Source: Candidatus Bathyarchaeia archaeon (lineage in GTDB: Archaea > Thermoproteota > Bathyarchaeia > Bathyarchaeales > Bathycorpusculaceae). Taken from it: DNA of 64,000 nucleotides. The stretch spans positions 256,001 through 320,000 of the forward strand of contig JAVZNC010000001.1 in the NCBI GenBank assembly GCA_038882955.1, in the 5' to 3' direction. Shown piece by piece: positions 18,688 to 28,918 of this stretch (position 1 is the first letter of the stretch; every line of letters starts with the position of its first letter). The translations under genes were made by a program, and so were the position numbers. The notes under the pieces were generated by a model. It had not been told where the DNA came from. It ran no database searches and worked only from the letters and a program-made list of their open reading frames with translations.

Positions 18688-20907
18688 TTATGCTTCTTCG
18701 TAGAATTCCTCTGCTTTTGGCGGTGTTGGACTTAATCCTCTTCTTTCACGAATTTGCCTAATTATTTCCGCCTGCATTGATTCTGGAACTGGTGCCCAGC
18801 GGCTAAATTGTGTTGCCCAGAAGGCTCTGCCTTGGGTTGAGGAGCGCAGTTCATCAGCCAATCCGAAGGATTCCGCAACTGGCATTTCAGCCTTAACTAT
18901 GACCATGTCTTCCTCGTTAACCATGTCGACGATTCTTCCGCGGCGTTTCTGCACTATGGCGATTACGGAGCTTACAAACTCGTTTGGAACCTTGCATTCA
19001 AAGTTTAGTAGCGGCTCAAGGAGTTTTGGGTCGCTTAGGAGGAAGGCGCACCATATTGGACGCCAAGTCATTGGAAGTATCTGGGCTGGACCCCTATGCA
19101 CTGGGTCTTCGTGAATCATTATGTCCTCCAAGTTAACTTTTAAGCCGTAGGCGGGTTCTTTGGCTAGTACGCATGTGTGGACTGCCTCGCGGAAGCCAGA
19201 TTTCACGTGGTCTATGACTTCTTCGACGTACTGTCTTCCTTTGATTCTGTTTACGAGCACGTTTGTGTCCTCTATGGCTATGACGTTGCGTGCGTCGTCA
19301 GTTGACCAGCCAAACTCTTTTGCCAAAATCTTTTGGCGTTCATCCCGTGTTTGCATCTCAGAAATCTTTCCAGTCTTTATTGCCTCAATCACGTCGTCTG
19401 AAAGCTTCTCGATTGTAACCCAAAGCCTGTTGTGTTTGTTTGGGCTTTTGCCCATTATCGGCGGTCCCTTGTAGTCGCGGCTTATTGTTTCGCGGTAAAT
19501 GACTATTGGCTTGCTTATCTTCACTTTTAAGCCTGCTTCCTGCATCCTATAAGCCGTAACTTCCAAGTGCAGCTCGCCCATTCCGCTTAGGAGGTACTCG
19601 CCACTTTCTTTGTTTATGGTAAAGTGCAAGTTGGGGTCTTCTAGGGTTAACTTGTGTATAACCTTATCAAAAAGCGGCAAGTCCTTAATGTCTGCCGGTT
19701 CAACAGCAACTGTAACAACAGGGTCTGAAACGTATTTCAGCCCTTCGAATGGTTGTGTTTCAACACCTTCTTCCGCAACTGTTTCGCCCACGTGGATTGA
19801 TGGTAAACCAGAAAGTGCAGCGATATTTCCAGCTGGAATCTTGTCCACGATTACACGGTCAGCAGCCATACTCATGTAAACTTGCTGGATAGTCCCCTTC
19901 TGGCGACTGTTTATAAGCCTAACAACTTTTCCCTTCTCCACTGTACCACTGAAAACCCTTCCAATAGCAACAACACCACTATGCGGGTCAACCTCAATCG
20001 TGGTTATACACATAAGAAGCGGCCCGTTAGGATCAACCTTTGCCATAGCCTTGCCTACTGGACTGTTAACGTCTCCAGGCCAAATCTGCGTCTGCCTGTA
20101 TGGCTGCGCTTCCAACGGGTTTGGAAGGTGTTCGCAGAACATGTCCAGTATTGGCTCGTATAAAGGCGCTTTTTTGCTTAATGCCTCAACCTTTTTCGTG
20201 ATTTCCTCTGGCTCGCCAGAATAGGTGTCAATTATTTCTTGGAATGTTACCCCTTTTGCTTTCATGTGAGGGAGGTTTAAGCCCCACTTGTGGAGCGCTG
20301 AGCCGAAGGCTACGCGTCCATCTTCAACTTTAACCTGCCAGTCCTTCTTGTGTTCTGGCGGTGCATACTTTTCTATGAGGCTGTTGATTCTGACGATTAT
20401 TTTTGCGAATTTGCGTTGTATCTCTTCCGGGGTCAGTTTTATCTCTTTAATGAGTCTGTCAACCTTGTTGATGAAGAGAATTGGTTTTACCCTTTCGCGT
20501 AGTGCTTGCATCAGAACGGTTTCGGTTTGGGTCATTGGACCCTCAACAGCGTCAACAACTACTAATGCGCCGTCGACAGCGCGTAAACTTCGCGTCACTG
20601 CGCCGCTGAAGTCTATATGTCCAGGCGTGTCTATAAGGTTTATTAGGTGTTCTTTGCCCTTGTAGGTGTGGACCATGCTTATGTTTGAGGCGAAAACAGT
20701 CATTTGCCTCTTCTGCTCGAGCTCCCAAGAGTCCAGGAAAAGCTTTTGACCAGCAGTTTGTTCGCTTATGATGCCTGCCGCGGCTAGTAGGCTGTCTGAG
20801 AGTGTTGTTTTTCCATGGTCAACGTGGGCAATAATGCTTGTGTTTCTTATTATTTCTGGGCTGTTCATCAGTTTTACTATTTCTTCAATTTGTCGATAAC
20901 GTCCCAT
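18688..20907 (-). CDS. Translation elongation factor 2 family GTPase (probably the aEF-2p paralogue)
   Basis: AHVDHGKT, DTPGH, NKVD, GMGELHLE, HEDPVHRGPAQ, RSSTQGRA; switch I reads RQMT. Confidence 0.9.
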   Translation of the reverse strand: MGRYRQIEEIVKLMNSPEIIRNTSIIAHVDHGKTTLSDSLLAAAGIISEQTAGQKLFLDSWELEQKRQMTVFASNISMVHTYKGKEHLINLIDTPGHIDFSGAVTRSLRAVDGALVVVDAVEGPMTQTETVLMQALRERVKPILFINKVDRLIKEIKLTPEEIQRKFAKIIVRINSLIEKYAPPEHKKDWQVKVEDGRVAFGSALHKWGLNLPHMKAKGVTFQEIIDTYSGEPEEITKKVEALSKKAPLYEPILDMFCEHLPNPLEAQPYRQTQIWPGDVNSPVGKAMAKVDPNGPLLMCITTIEVDPHSGVVAIGRVFSGTVEKGKVVRLINSRQKGTIQQVYMSMAADRVIVDKIPAGNIAALSGLPSIHVGETVAEEGVETQPFEGLKYVSDPVVTVAVEPADIKDLPLFDKVIHKLTLEDPNLHFTINKESGEYLLSGMGELHLEVTAYRMQEAGLKVKISKPIVIYRETISRDYKGPPIMGKSPNKHNRLWVTIEKLSDDVIEAIKTGKISEMQTRDERQKILAKEFGWSTDDARNVIAIEDTNVLVNRIKGRQYVEEVIDHVKSGFREAVHTCVLAKEPAYGLKVNLEDIMIHEDPVHRGPAQILPMTWRPIWCAFLLSDPKLLEPLLNFECKVPNEFVSSVIAIVQKRRGRIVDMVNEEDMVIVKAEMPVAESFGLADELRSSTQGRAFWATQFSRWAPVPESMQAEIIRQIRERRGLSPTPPKAEEFYEEA

Positions 20908-21080
20908 AAACCTAAACCTTCTCTCGGCTAACTGATGGCGTTTTATTGAAGTGTACTGCTTTGTTTTTTGTCTTAAACAACATTCTGGCTCACTTAAGTT
21001 AGGCTACATGGAAAGTGAAAAAGTCGCCTATTAACTTTTTGTTGCAGTTAGAGCCTTAACACTAACAAATTGTAGGTATG

Positions 21081-21530
21081 TCACTCCATGATGGCGATAA
21101 ATTTTTCAGCCGTAGCCCTATCAACGTAAAATCCACGTCTCCCAAGCCTTTTAACACCCAAAAACATAAGCGCATTTTTCAGTGGAATCGGGTTGGCGGC
21201 TTCCCTAAGGTTTTTGAATCTTATGAAGGAAACTGGATTCTTGTCCTTGACGAATTGGAAGTACTGTTCAGCGGATTCCAAAACGGATTCGCTGCCGTGC
21301 TCCTTCCATAGGTCTCCAGCCTTGCCGACTTTGCGTTCGATGAATCCTGCATAGCCGGCGATTTCGCAGATGGGCTTTGTAACGTAAAAGAATAGTAGTG
21401 AAGCGTTTTTTGGTGGAGCAGAACCCCTTCGAACGTAGGATTGGATTTCTTTGCCTTTGCTGCGTAGGCGGAGGAACTCGCGCCACCACTTCTCCTTAAC
21501 CATCATGACGAAGGCATACTTCTCCTTCAT
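21081..21530 (-). CDS. DUF365/EVE/ASCH (PUA-like) domain protein
   Basis: LLFFYVTKP..EIAGYA beta pattern typical of PUA-like families. Confidence 0.6.
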   Translation of the reverse strand: MKEKYAFVMMVKEKWWREFLRLRSKGKEIQSYVRRGSAPPKNASLLFFYVTKPICEIAGYAGFIERKVGKAGDLWKEHGSESVLESAEQYFQFVKDKNPVSFIRFKNLREAANPIPLKNALMFLGVKRLGRRGFYVDRATAEKFIAIME

Positions 21531-21619
21531 AAGACCACGCTATTAGATGCTTTGGCTTTGGTCATTTAAAATTTGCCGAAAACTAAAGTTTATGAGCGAA
21601 GCCCTCCACTTAAGCATCG

Positions 21620-22498
21620 ATGTCGCGGAAAGAATTTTTCATAAAACGTTATAAGGAGCTCGGCTGGAAACACCGTGACGTTAAGCTAAAACAGGCAATA
21701 AGGATAAACACAATTAACGCTGGAGATTGGGATGTTGCCGAAAGGCTGGAGTTTCTAGGCATAGCGCTTGAAAAGATTCCGTTCCTTGAAAATGGCTATT
21801 GGGTTAAGAGAGCGAAATTTTCGCTTGGGGCGACAACAGAGTACCTTCTAGGCATGTATTCGATTCAAGAAGCGGCAGCCCAAATCCCAGCTACACTTTT
21901 CACAGATATAAGGGACAAAACTGTTTTAGACGCATGCGCAGCGCCTGGAGGAAAAACCATTCAATTGGCTGATTTAATGAGCAACACTGGCGTAATAGTC
22001 GCTTTGGATATTAATAAGCGAAGATTAACTGCTCTCACAAACCATCTTGAAAGGTGCAGCGTAAAAAACACGATTGTTTATTGTTTGGATGCACGGAAGG
22101 CTTCAAGGCTGAAAATGAAATTTGATAGGATTCTTTTGGATGTGCCGTGTTCTGGAAACTTTGTAACAGATGCGGAATGGTTTAAGCGCCGAACATTCAA
22201 GGATGTGCAGAGAAACGCGCGACTTCAGAGGGAAATATTGGCTGAAGCGGTTAACGTTTTGGCTGAAGATGGCGAAATCGTTTATTCCACATGCTCGCTG
22301 GAGCCAGAAGAAGATGAACTGAACATTGATTGGGCAGTGAAGACGCTTGAACTGAAGGTTGAAAAAATCAGTTGCTACGGTGAAAAATCTCCAACAAACG
22401 TTTTTGGCAAAGCGCTTGACAGACAAATAGAAAATTGCAGAAGGATATGGCCTGGAAAAACTCAAGGTTTCTTTGTTTGTAAACTTAAGAGAAGGTGA
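21620..22498 (+). CDS. RsmB/NOL1/NOP2 RNA m5C methyltransferase
   Basis: DACAAPGGKT, DVPCSG, YSTCSLEPEE, GFFV. Confidence 0.93.
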   Translation: MSRKEFFIKRYKELGWKHRDVKLKQAIRINTINAGDWDVAERLEFLGIALEKIPFLENGYWVKRAKFSLGATTEYLLGMYSIQEAAAQIPATLFTDIRDKTVLDACAAPGGKTIQLADLMSNTGVIVALDINKRRLTALTNHLERCSVKNTIVYCLDARKASRLKMKFDRILLDVPCSGNFVTDAEWFKRRTFKDVQRNARLQREILAEAVNVLAEDGEIVYSTCSLEPEEDELNIDWAVKTLELKVEKISCYGEKSPTNVFGKALDRQIENCRRIWPGKTQGFFVCKLKRR

Positions 22499-22983
22499 AA
22501 GCTATGAACGTCATAAGTGATTTTGCGGCACGTTTTGGCGTAAAAGTCGAGTTTGACGAGAAAAATATTGTCAAGAAGGAGAACCGTTATTTCCTCTTAA
22601 GCGATAGGCTTAAGGGTTTGGTTGCGGCTGACTTCTTCTACGCTGGTGTTTATCTTGGAAGAGTTAAAGGCGACGTTTTACTTCCAAGCTTTAACTTGCT
22701 AAAAATTATTGCAGAAAAAGAAGGGGCGAACCAGGTTTTTGTGGATGAACGGTCTGCGTGGCTTTTCATATGCGGCAGAGACATATTTAAACGTGGAATA
22801 ACAAGGGTTGAAGGTTCTGGAAGGAAGGGCGATTACACTTTGGTTTTGAATCAGCATGGCGAATGTTTGGGTTTTGGGATAATCCTCAAAGATTTGGACG
22901 CTATCGAGAAAGGTGTTGCCGTGAAAAATGTTCTGGATATCGGAGATTTTTTGAGAAGGGAGAGAAAGCCACTAGAAGAATAA
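22495..22983 (+). CDS. NIP7-like PUA-domain protein
   Basis: GVYLG, FICGRDIF, CLGFG, DIGDFLRRE; coupled to the m5C methyltransferase. Confidence 0.8.
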   Translation: MKAMNVISDFAARFGVKVEFDEKNIVKKENRYFLLSDRLKGLVAADFFYAGVYLGRVKGDVLLPSFNLLKIIAEKEGANQVFVDERSAWLFICGRDIFKRGITRVEGSGRKGDYTLVLNQHGECLGFGIILKDLDAIEKGVAVKNVLDIGDFLRRERKPLEE

Positions 22984-22987
22984 TCCT

Positions 22988-24292
22988 TCAACTCTTTATT
23001 TTCTCTACTAGTTCTTCGATTTTCACGTTGTTCTGCTCCCTTTTCGCCAAGTTTCGCAAGACAACAGCACCTTCTTTTAGCTCTCTCTCACCGACTATAA
23101 TGGCATAATCCATCTTGCGCCTATCCGCATCCTCGAGAGCCTTACTTATCTTTCGCCCCATAACCTCAACTTCAACAGGTATAGCAGCGCCACGAAGTTT
23201 ATTGGCGATTTTTAGGGCTTCAGCCTTCAGCCCTTCCTTTGTCGGAATGACAATAACCTTTTTCGCTTCTGCAGCATCCACTTTTGCATTTTGCTTTTGC
23301 ATAGCCAACATCATGCGGTCTAACCCATGGGCTATTCCGACTGCGGGTGTGGGTTCGCCGCCAAAAAGTTCTATCAGTCTGTCATATCTGCCGCCCCCAG
23401 CCAAGGCTATGTCAAGTTCTGGAACGTTAACTTCGAAGATTGCGCCAGTATAATACTCAAGTCCCCTTGCAAAGCCAGCATCTATAGTTATTGCGATTTT
23501 GCTTTCGCTTTCCATGACAAGTTTCAAAATTTCCTTTAGGTTTTCTACAGCTTCCAAGGCTTTATCATAACCTTTAATGCATTCTTGCATTTTCCCAACC
23601 ATTTCGAAGGCGTTGCTTCCTTTGAGTTCAACAAGCCTTTGAACGGTTTCAACGCATTTTCTTGGAACCCCGATTTCTTCAACGCGCTTGACAGCTTCTG
23701 AATACAGTTTCTTGTCCATCAACTGCATAACTTCGTTCACGTTTTTCTCTTCAATGTTTTCTTGGCTGAATATTCCTCTCAAAACGCCAACATGTCCAAC
23801 CTTAAAAGCATAATTTTTAAGCCCAACACTGCGCATAAAATCGTTTGTTAACATGATTATTTCTGCGTCTGCTTCTGGCTTACTTGAGCCCATCAACTCA
23901 AAGTTTGACTGCCAAAACTCTCTGTATCTGCCCATCTGCGGCTCATCATAGCGGTATAGACTGCCAACACAGAAAAGTCTGAATGGACGCGGCTCATTTC
24001 GCAGAGTTGTCGCCACAAGCCTAGCAACGGAAGGCGTGAATTCTGGTCTTAGAGCCACCATGCGTCCGCCAAGGTCTTTGAAGGCGTACATTCGCAAGCG
24101 AACTTCCTCGCCAGCCTTAGCTGACAAAAGTTCGTATGATTCCACAACTGGCGTTATTATTTCCTTGTAACCGTAGAGTTCAGCTATTCTGCGCGCTTTG
24201 CCTTCGATGTAACGCATCATTTTGGCTTCTTCTGGCATGAAGTCGCGCATTCCACGAACAGTTTGGAAGGATGACATTTCAGCCACATCCAC
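22988..24292 (-). CDS. hisS: Histidine-tRNA ligase
   Basis: RGMRD, LRPEFT, RYDEPQ.GRYREFWQ, RGLEYYTG, GGGRYD. Confidence 0.97.
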   Translation of the reverse strand: MDVAEMSSFQTVRGMRDFMPEEAKMMRYIEGKARRIAELYGYKEIITPVVESYELLSAKAGEEVRLRMYAFKDLGGRMVALRPEFTPSVARLVATTLRNEPRPFRLFCVGSLYRYDEPQMGRYREFWQSNFELMGSSKPEADAEIIMLTNDFMRSVGLKNYAFKVGHVGVLRGIFSQENIEEKNVNEVMQLMDKKLYSEAVKRVEEIGVPRKCVETVQRLVELKGSNAFEMVGKMQECIKGYDKALEAVENLKEILKLVMESESKIAITIDAGFARGLEYYTGAIFEVNVPELDIALAGGGRYDRLIELFGGEPTPAVGIAHGLDRMMLAMQKQNAKVDAAEAKKVIVIPTKEGLKAEALKIANKLRGAAIPVEVEVMGRKISKALEDADRRKMDYAIIVGERELKEGAVVLRNLAKREQNNVKIEELVEKIKS

Positions 24293-24295
24293 AAT

Positions 24296-24853
24296 TTATG
24301 GTAGGGTTAATTGTGAAAGGGAATAGTAAACAGTTTCTCCTCTACGGTTCATAACGGCCAGAACGAGTTCTTTCTTGAGGCTCTGGCATTGCCTCATGAT
24401 GCGAGTTAAATCCTCAACTGAAATGGGCTTGCCTTCTTGAATGTTTAAAATTAGGTATTTGGCAGTGTCCTTACCATACTCGCCTCTTTCATAAACACGA
24501 AAATCAACACCCAAACCGAAGCCCTCGCGAACAACATAGCCCCTACTTCTCAAGTCACGATACACCAAGTATTTTGCCCACGCATTTTCATCAACACGTT
24601 CATAAAACTGCAAAAGCCTCTTAAAGTCAACAGCCTTGCCACTTTCATCTTCAACTTCGAGTGAACCTTTCTCCAGAAGATAAAGCGCCTCGTAAAAGGC
24701 TAGGATAAGCGACTTATCTTCAGCCACGCCGTAACCTTTCGAGGAAAGCTCGTCGGCGCTTTGCTTATCTGAAATTTTGACGCCTTCCTCCACTAGCAAA
24801 CCCTTAACTTTTGCTTCAGCCTTTTCGACGATTTTCTCCTTTTCCACAGTCAT
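24296..24853 (-). CDS. endA: tRNA-splicing endonuclease subunit, probably structural (beta)
   Basis: LAFYEALYL, VYRDLRSRGY, DFRVY motifs; catalytic Tyr and His positions read GFGLG and KDTAKY. Confidence 0.85.
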   Translation of the reverse strand: MTVEKEKIVEKAEAKVKGLLVEEGVKISDKQSADELSSKGYGVAEDKSLILAFYEALYLLEKGSLEVEDESGKAVDFKRLLQFYERVDENAWAKYLVYRDLRSRGYVVREGFGLGVDFRVYERGEYGKDTAKYLILNIQEGKPISVEDLTRIMRQCQSLKKELVLAVMNRRGETVYYSLSQLTLP

Positions 24854-24870
24854 CCCTATGCTAAGCCCGT

Positions 24871-25899
24871 TCAGCCTTTTAGTTTATCAAAGTCTTCCTT
24901 ATATAGGATGCCGCTTTCACAGATTACCGCAGTAACATAATCCATCGGCGTTATGTCAAAAGCTGGGTTCAAAACATCTATGCCTTCCACGGCTATGCGC
25001 TGGGAACAGAAATGCGTAACTTCGCTGGGACTTCGCTCCTCTATGAGGATTTCGGCTGAAGTGTGCTTTAGGTCAAATGTCGATTTTGGAGCCGCCACAT
25101 AGAAGGGAATTCCATGCGCCTTTGCCACAACCGCGATCGTGAATGTTCCAATCTTGTTTATCACAGCATCGCGAACTATTCTGTCAGCGCCAACAACAAC
25201 CTTGTTCACGAGATGCTTATACATCACGTAGCCAACCATACCATCAGTAATAAGCGTCACCGGGATGCCGTCATCCTTAAGCTCGTAGGTTGTTAACCTT
25301 GCACCTTGAAGCTTCGGACGAGTTTCAGTGGCAAAAACCCTAATCCGCTTGCCCTGCTCCCACGCTGCACGAATAACGCCTAAAGCCGTGCCATAACCGA
25401 CAGTAGCTAAGGCTCCAGCATTACAATGCGTTAAAATAGAGTCGCCATCAGCGATTAGCTCCGCGCCATACTTGCCAATCAAACGGTTTGCCTCAACGTC
25501 CTCGTCGGCTATTTTCTGGGCTTCCTCAACAACAAAAGAAGCAAGAGCCTTAACGTCGCCAGAAAAATTCTTCGCTTTTGCAAGAACCCTACCTAACGCC
25601 CAGAAAAGGTTTACAGCAGTCGGTCTCGTCGCCCTAACGATGCCAGCAGCCTCATCCAACTCCTTGAGAAGCACATCTTTACTTTTTGCTTTTGAATGGT
25701 AAGCTGTTAAAGCAAGAGCAAAAGCGGCAGCCGCACCCAAAAGAGGTGCACCCCTTATCTTCATACTTTTTATAGCCTCAGCCATCTCAACACAATTCTT
25801 AATTTCAAGAATCACAGTTTCATTTGGAAGCTTTGTCTGGTCTATTGTGAGAACTTTGCCATCACGCCACTCTATGGTTCGCTTCAGCATAATCTTCAA
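24871..25899 (-). CDS. mtnA: Methylthioribose-1-phosphate isomerase (eIF2B-like family)
   Basis: IRGAP, RPTAVNL, THCNAGALAT, ETRP.LQGARLT, NKIGT, NPAFD. Confidence 0.92.
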   Translation of the reverse strand: MKIMLKRTIEWRDGKVLTIDQTKLPNETVILEIKNCVEMAEAIKSMKIRGAPLLGAAAAFALALTAYHSKAKSKDVLLKELDEAAGIVRATRPTAVNLFWALGRVLAKAKNFSGDVKALASFVVEEAQKIADEDVEANRLIGKYGAELIADGDSILTHCNAGALATVGYGTALGVIRAAWEQGKRIRVFATETRPKLQGARLTTYELKDDGIPVTLITDGMVGYVMYKHLVNKVVVGADRIVRDAVINKIGTFTIAVVAKAHGIPFYVAAPKSTFDLKHTSAEILIEERSPSEVTHFCSQRIAVEGIDVLNPAFDITPMDYVTAVICESGILYKEDFDKLKG

Positions 25900-25957
25900 A
25901 CTCCAGTAAATCGTTTATGCGCTAGAAGCGTATTAAAAGTGTTGTAAGGAGAAAGCC

Positions 25958-26662
25958 ATGAAAAGCCAAAGCCTAAAACTCTTGATAGAAAATTTCGGGG
26001 AAAAATATTCTGAAATTTTGGGAATAAACCTTGCAGAAGGCAAAGAAAACGAAATTTTCAAGTGGTTTCTGGCAGCAATTTTGTTCGGTGCTCCAATAAC
26101 AGAGAAAGCAGCAATAAAAACCTACAAGTGCTTCGAAGGACATGACGTGTTAACGCCAAGAAAAATTTTGGACACGGGTTGGGATGGGCTTGTTCAAATT
26201 TTGGATGAAGGAAGCTATACGCGGTACGACTTCAAAACCGCAGACAAGCTTCTAGAAACAATGAAAAACCTTGTGAAAAACTATGACGGAAGCCTAATTC
26301 GCCTTTACAACGAGTCAAAGAACATGGAGGATTTGACAAATAAACTGAAAAGCCTCGGGAAGGGTATAGGCGACGTTACAGTAAACATTTTTCTAAGGGA
26401 ACTACGCGGAATATGGGAAAAAGCCGAACCAGAACCAACAGCCCTCGTTGTTCTAGCCGCCAAAAAACTTGGAATAATTGATGAAAAGACCAAAAATGTG
26501 ACGGAAACTCTAAAGAATTTTTGGCTCAGGAACAGCGTTGCTGGAAAGTCCTTTGTAAATTTTGAAACAGCACTACTTAGAATTGGCAAAGACTATTGTA
26601 GGAAAAGGAAATGCGCCGCCTGCAAATTTAAGGCTGAGTGCCTAAACCCTGAGGCGCCTTAA
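25958..26662 (+). CDS. HhH-GPD-like DNA glycosylase family protein with C-terminal 4-Cys cluster
   Basis: KGIGDVTVNIFLRE HhH motif; CRKRKCAACKFKAEC. Confidence 0.75.
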   Translation: MKSQSLKLLIENFGEKYSEILGINLAEGKENEIFKWFLAAILFGAPITEKAAIKTYKCFEGHDVLTPRKILDTGWDGLVQILDEGSYTRYDFKTADKLLETMKNLVKNYDGSLIRLYNESKNMEDLTNKLKSLGKGIGDVTVNIFLRELRGIWEKAEPEPTALVVLAAKKLGIIDEKTKNVTETLKNFWLRNSVAGKSFVNFETALLRIGKDYCRKRKCAACKFKAECLNPEAP

Positions 26663-27383
26663 TGTAGGTTATAACTTCGATTGGACATTCTCCAGAAAGC
26701 TTCATCTTTTTCTTCCACTCCTCCCCAACCGCGATGAGTAGGAAAACCCCTGAAATTTCGGCTTTTGCCTTCCGAACCAAATTAACCAGTGCTGCTTGGG
26801 TTTCGCCAGTCTTAATCATGTCGTCAACTATTAGGACGCTGTCCCTCTTTTTTATGCTGTCCTTTGGAATGTAAAGCGTCATTGTTACGCCTGAATCCCT
26901 AAGCGCATAAGTCTCCTCAAGAAAGGCTTTTACGCCAACCTCCTTGCCCCTCTTGGCGATTACAAGGTTCACGCCCAAAGCATTTGCAACCATTGTTGCA
27001 AGTGGAATTCCATCTACAGCAGCAGTTAAAACCTTTGTTACACGTTTTCCAGCGAAATTTGCAAGCGCATGATTAGCCGCCTGCTGAAGAATAGTAAAAT
27101 CACCGATAATATCCGTATTGTCAAAATACCCTTCCTCATCAAACCTTATCCTATTACGAAGCTCGCTTTCTAAGCCAACAAGCTTTGTTAGAACTTTCCA
27201 AAGCTGCCTAGCCCGAGCGGTATTAGGCAGTACATGACCCTTCGCATAGCGGCTCAAAACAGTTACGGGTAAACCAGTTTTAGAGGCTAGTTCGCGGTAG
27301 GTTATGTTCCGCTTATACTTGGCTGTTCTAAGCATCTCAATAGTCATCAAACGAAACTTCAACTCGTCCACATGCGTATTCAT
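26628..27383 (-). CDS. HTH plus type I phosphoribosyltransferase domain (PurR-like regulator)
   Basis: TYRELASKTGLPVTVLSRY HTH; VLIVDDMIKTGET PRPP loop. Confidence 0.85.
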   Translation of the reverse strand: MNTHVDELKFRLMTIEMLRTAKYKRNITYRELASKTGLPVTVLSRYAKGHVLPNTARARQLWKVLTKLVGLESELRNRIRFDEEGYFDNTDIIGDFTILQQAANHALANFAGKRVTKVLTAAVDGIPLATMVANALGVNLVIAKRGKEVGVKAFLEETYALRDSGVTMTLYIPKDSIKKRDSVLIVDDMIKTGETQAALVNLVRKAKAEISGVFLLIAVGEEWKKKMKLSGECPIEVITYIKAPQGLGTQP

Positions 27384-27512
27384 AACAATCCCTTATACAC
27401 TGACCAGTTAAACATTAAAGCGCTTACCAATTATTATTGCACTACTAATTTAAAATTTCCGCTCAAAAACGAAACTTGAAACATAACATCGTTAGAATGG
27501 ATTCCATGGATA

Positions 27513-27923
27513 TTAACGCCAAAGCAACTTCGAATATTCAATGTATTTTTGTATAAGACCTGCACTTAACCGTCTTCCACGCCTATCTGATGGTTGGCGT
27601 GCACATAAGTGAAAAACTTGTACTTGATTGTCGCGAAAAACTTTGGAAATCTGCGCCCGTAAACCGACATATTTACTTTGAAGATAAGCAAGCTGTGTCG
27701 CAATTTCCTTTAATTCCGACGCCAGGATATTTTTCCGTTCCTCCAACTCCATAAGTTCCTGCATAAGCTGCTCTTCTCCACTATTGGTTTTCATTCCGAG
27801 ATCTATGAGTTTTTTGACAACTTCAGTATTAATTTGAATGTTTGCTTCTCTAATCAGCTCTGAAATTTCCCGGTTTCCATTTATTAAGATAACTTGCGGT
27901 TTTCTTCGCGATTTTGTTTTCAT
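27513..27923 (-). CDS. Hypothetical coiled-coil protein (4th gene of the riboswitch operon)
   Basis: Heptad-rich centre; GGTGA SD before ATG 27923. Confidence 0.65.
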   Translation of the reverse strand: MKTKSRRKPQVILINGNREISELIREANIQINTEVVKKLIDLGMKTNSGEEQLMQELMELEERKNILASELKEIATQLAYLQSKYVGLRAQISKVFRDNQVQVFHLCARQPSDRRGRRLSAGLIQKYIEYSKLLWR

Positions 27924-27936
27924 AGTTTCACCTTTT

Positions 27937-28197
27937 TTAGCGAAGGAGAGTTTCAAGTACATTGTTATCTTTAATCATCTCGTCTAGAATTTTTTCCATC
28001 CTTTTGATTTCGTCAGGTAGCTCTGTTACTTGTTTTCTTAAATTTTCTATCTGTTTCGTAAGGGAGCGGATTTCCTGCTCGAGAACATGTATTCTAAAGG
28101 ATAGCAAGCCCTTTTTAACCAGATTCATGAGGGTCTCTTGATTCCCAATTTTCTCATATAGATACGCTGGAATTGGAAGTTTTTTGACTTCACTCAT
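27937..28197 (-). CDS. Small hypothetical coiled-coil protein (3rd gene of the operon)
   Basis: Short N-terminal segment followed by heptads LEQEIRSLTKQIENLRKQV. Confidence 0.65.
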   Translation of the reverse strand: MSEVKKLPIPAYLYEKIGNQETLMNLVKKGLLSFRIHVLEQEIRSLTKQIENLRKQVTELPDEIKRMEKILDEMIKDNNVLETLLR

Positions 28198-28203
28198 AAC
28201 TTA

Positions 28204-28914
28204 TCAGCCTTCACGAAGTCTTAATCCATGTCTCCCAACAAGTTTTCCAACACCCTTCAATGTAGTCTCTTTCACAGCTTTACGATCTTCTTCCGAAAAC
28301 TCATAGCTTTGTCTTCTTATATATTCAGCAAGTTCGGAATTCAATCGTCCGAGATTTTTCTTTTCCACTTCAATTACAGTTTTGATAATGTCCTGTGCTT
28401 GACTTTCCAATTTTTCTTCTATTGCACGAATTAACGCTGCAAAATGCGGAATACAGAGCCCCCTTGACTCTTTGAAAAGCTTCATAAACTCCTTATTCTG
28501 CAAAGAGAGAAGTTCCACAACTTTTTGAATATACATTTCCGTGAAGCTTGCCAAGTGAGTGCATGCTGGACATTTTTCTTCGCTTGGAAATATGTTGCGA
28601 TAAGCGTTTTTGTATCCACTTACTTTACTAATATCTAAGAGCAGTTGCTCAACAACGCTATGCATAGTTAAGGCTATTCCATGTCCGTCTGGACTTCCAG
28701 GCTTATTTGCTGCGATGAGCATTTTGTAGAAATGGTAATTGCAGAAACCTCTGCTCTCGATTATTTTCCGTCTTGACGAAGCATCCATTACTAATTCAGA
28801 AAGATACGTATCCATGAATTTGTTTTCAATCTCCTCCTCCAAAACGCATAGAAAGCATTCTTCTTCACATTCAATTGCTCTTTTAATACGAAGATAAGCT
28901 ACATCTAAACTCAT
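28204..28914 (-). CDS. DUF6062-like Cys/His metal-binding protein
   Basis: Duplicated CxxC...GxCxxH units (CFLC/GFCNYH; CPAC/GLCIPH). Confidence 0.7.
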   Translation of the reverse strand: MSLDVAYLRIKRAIECEEECFLCVLEEEIENKFMDTYLSELVMDASSRRKIIESRGFCNYHFYKMLIAANKPGSPDGHGIALTMHSVVEQLLLDISKVSGYKNAYRNIFPSEEKCPACTHLASFTEMYIQKVVELLSLQNKEFMKLFKESRGLCIPHFAALIRAIEEKLESQAQDIIKTVIEVEKKNLGRLNSELAEYIRRQSYEFSEEDRKAVKETTLKGVGKLVGRHGLRLREG

Positions 28915-28918
28915 GCAA

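Noticed and set aside
21620-22983. m5C methyltransferase and NIP7-like gene as one interrupted gene
   Set aside because: Each is complete with a normal GTGA overlap; this is a known archaeal gene pairing
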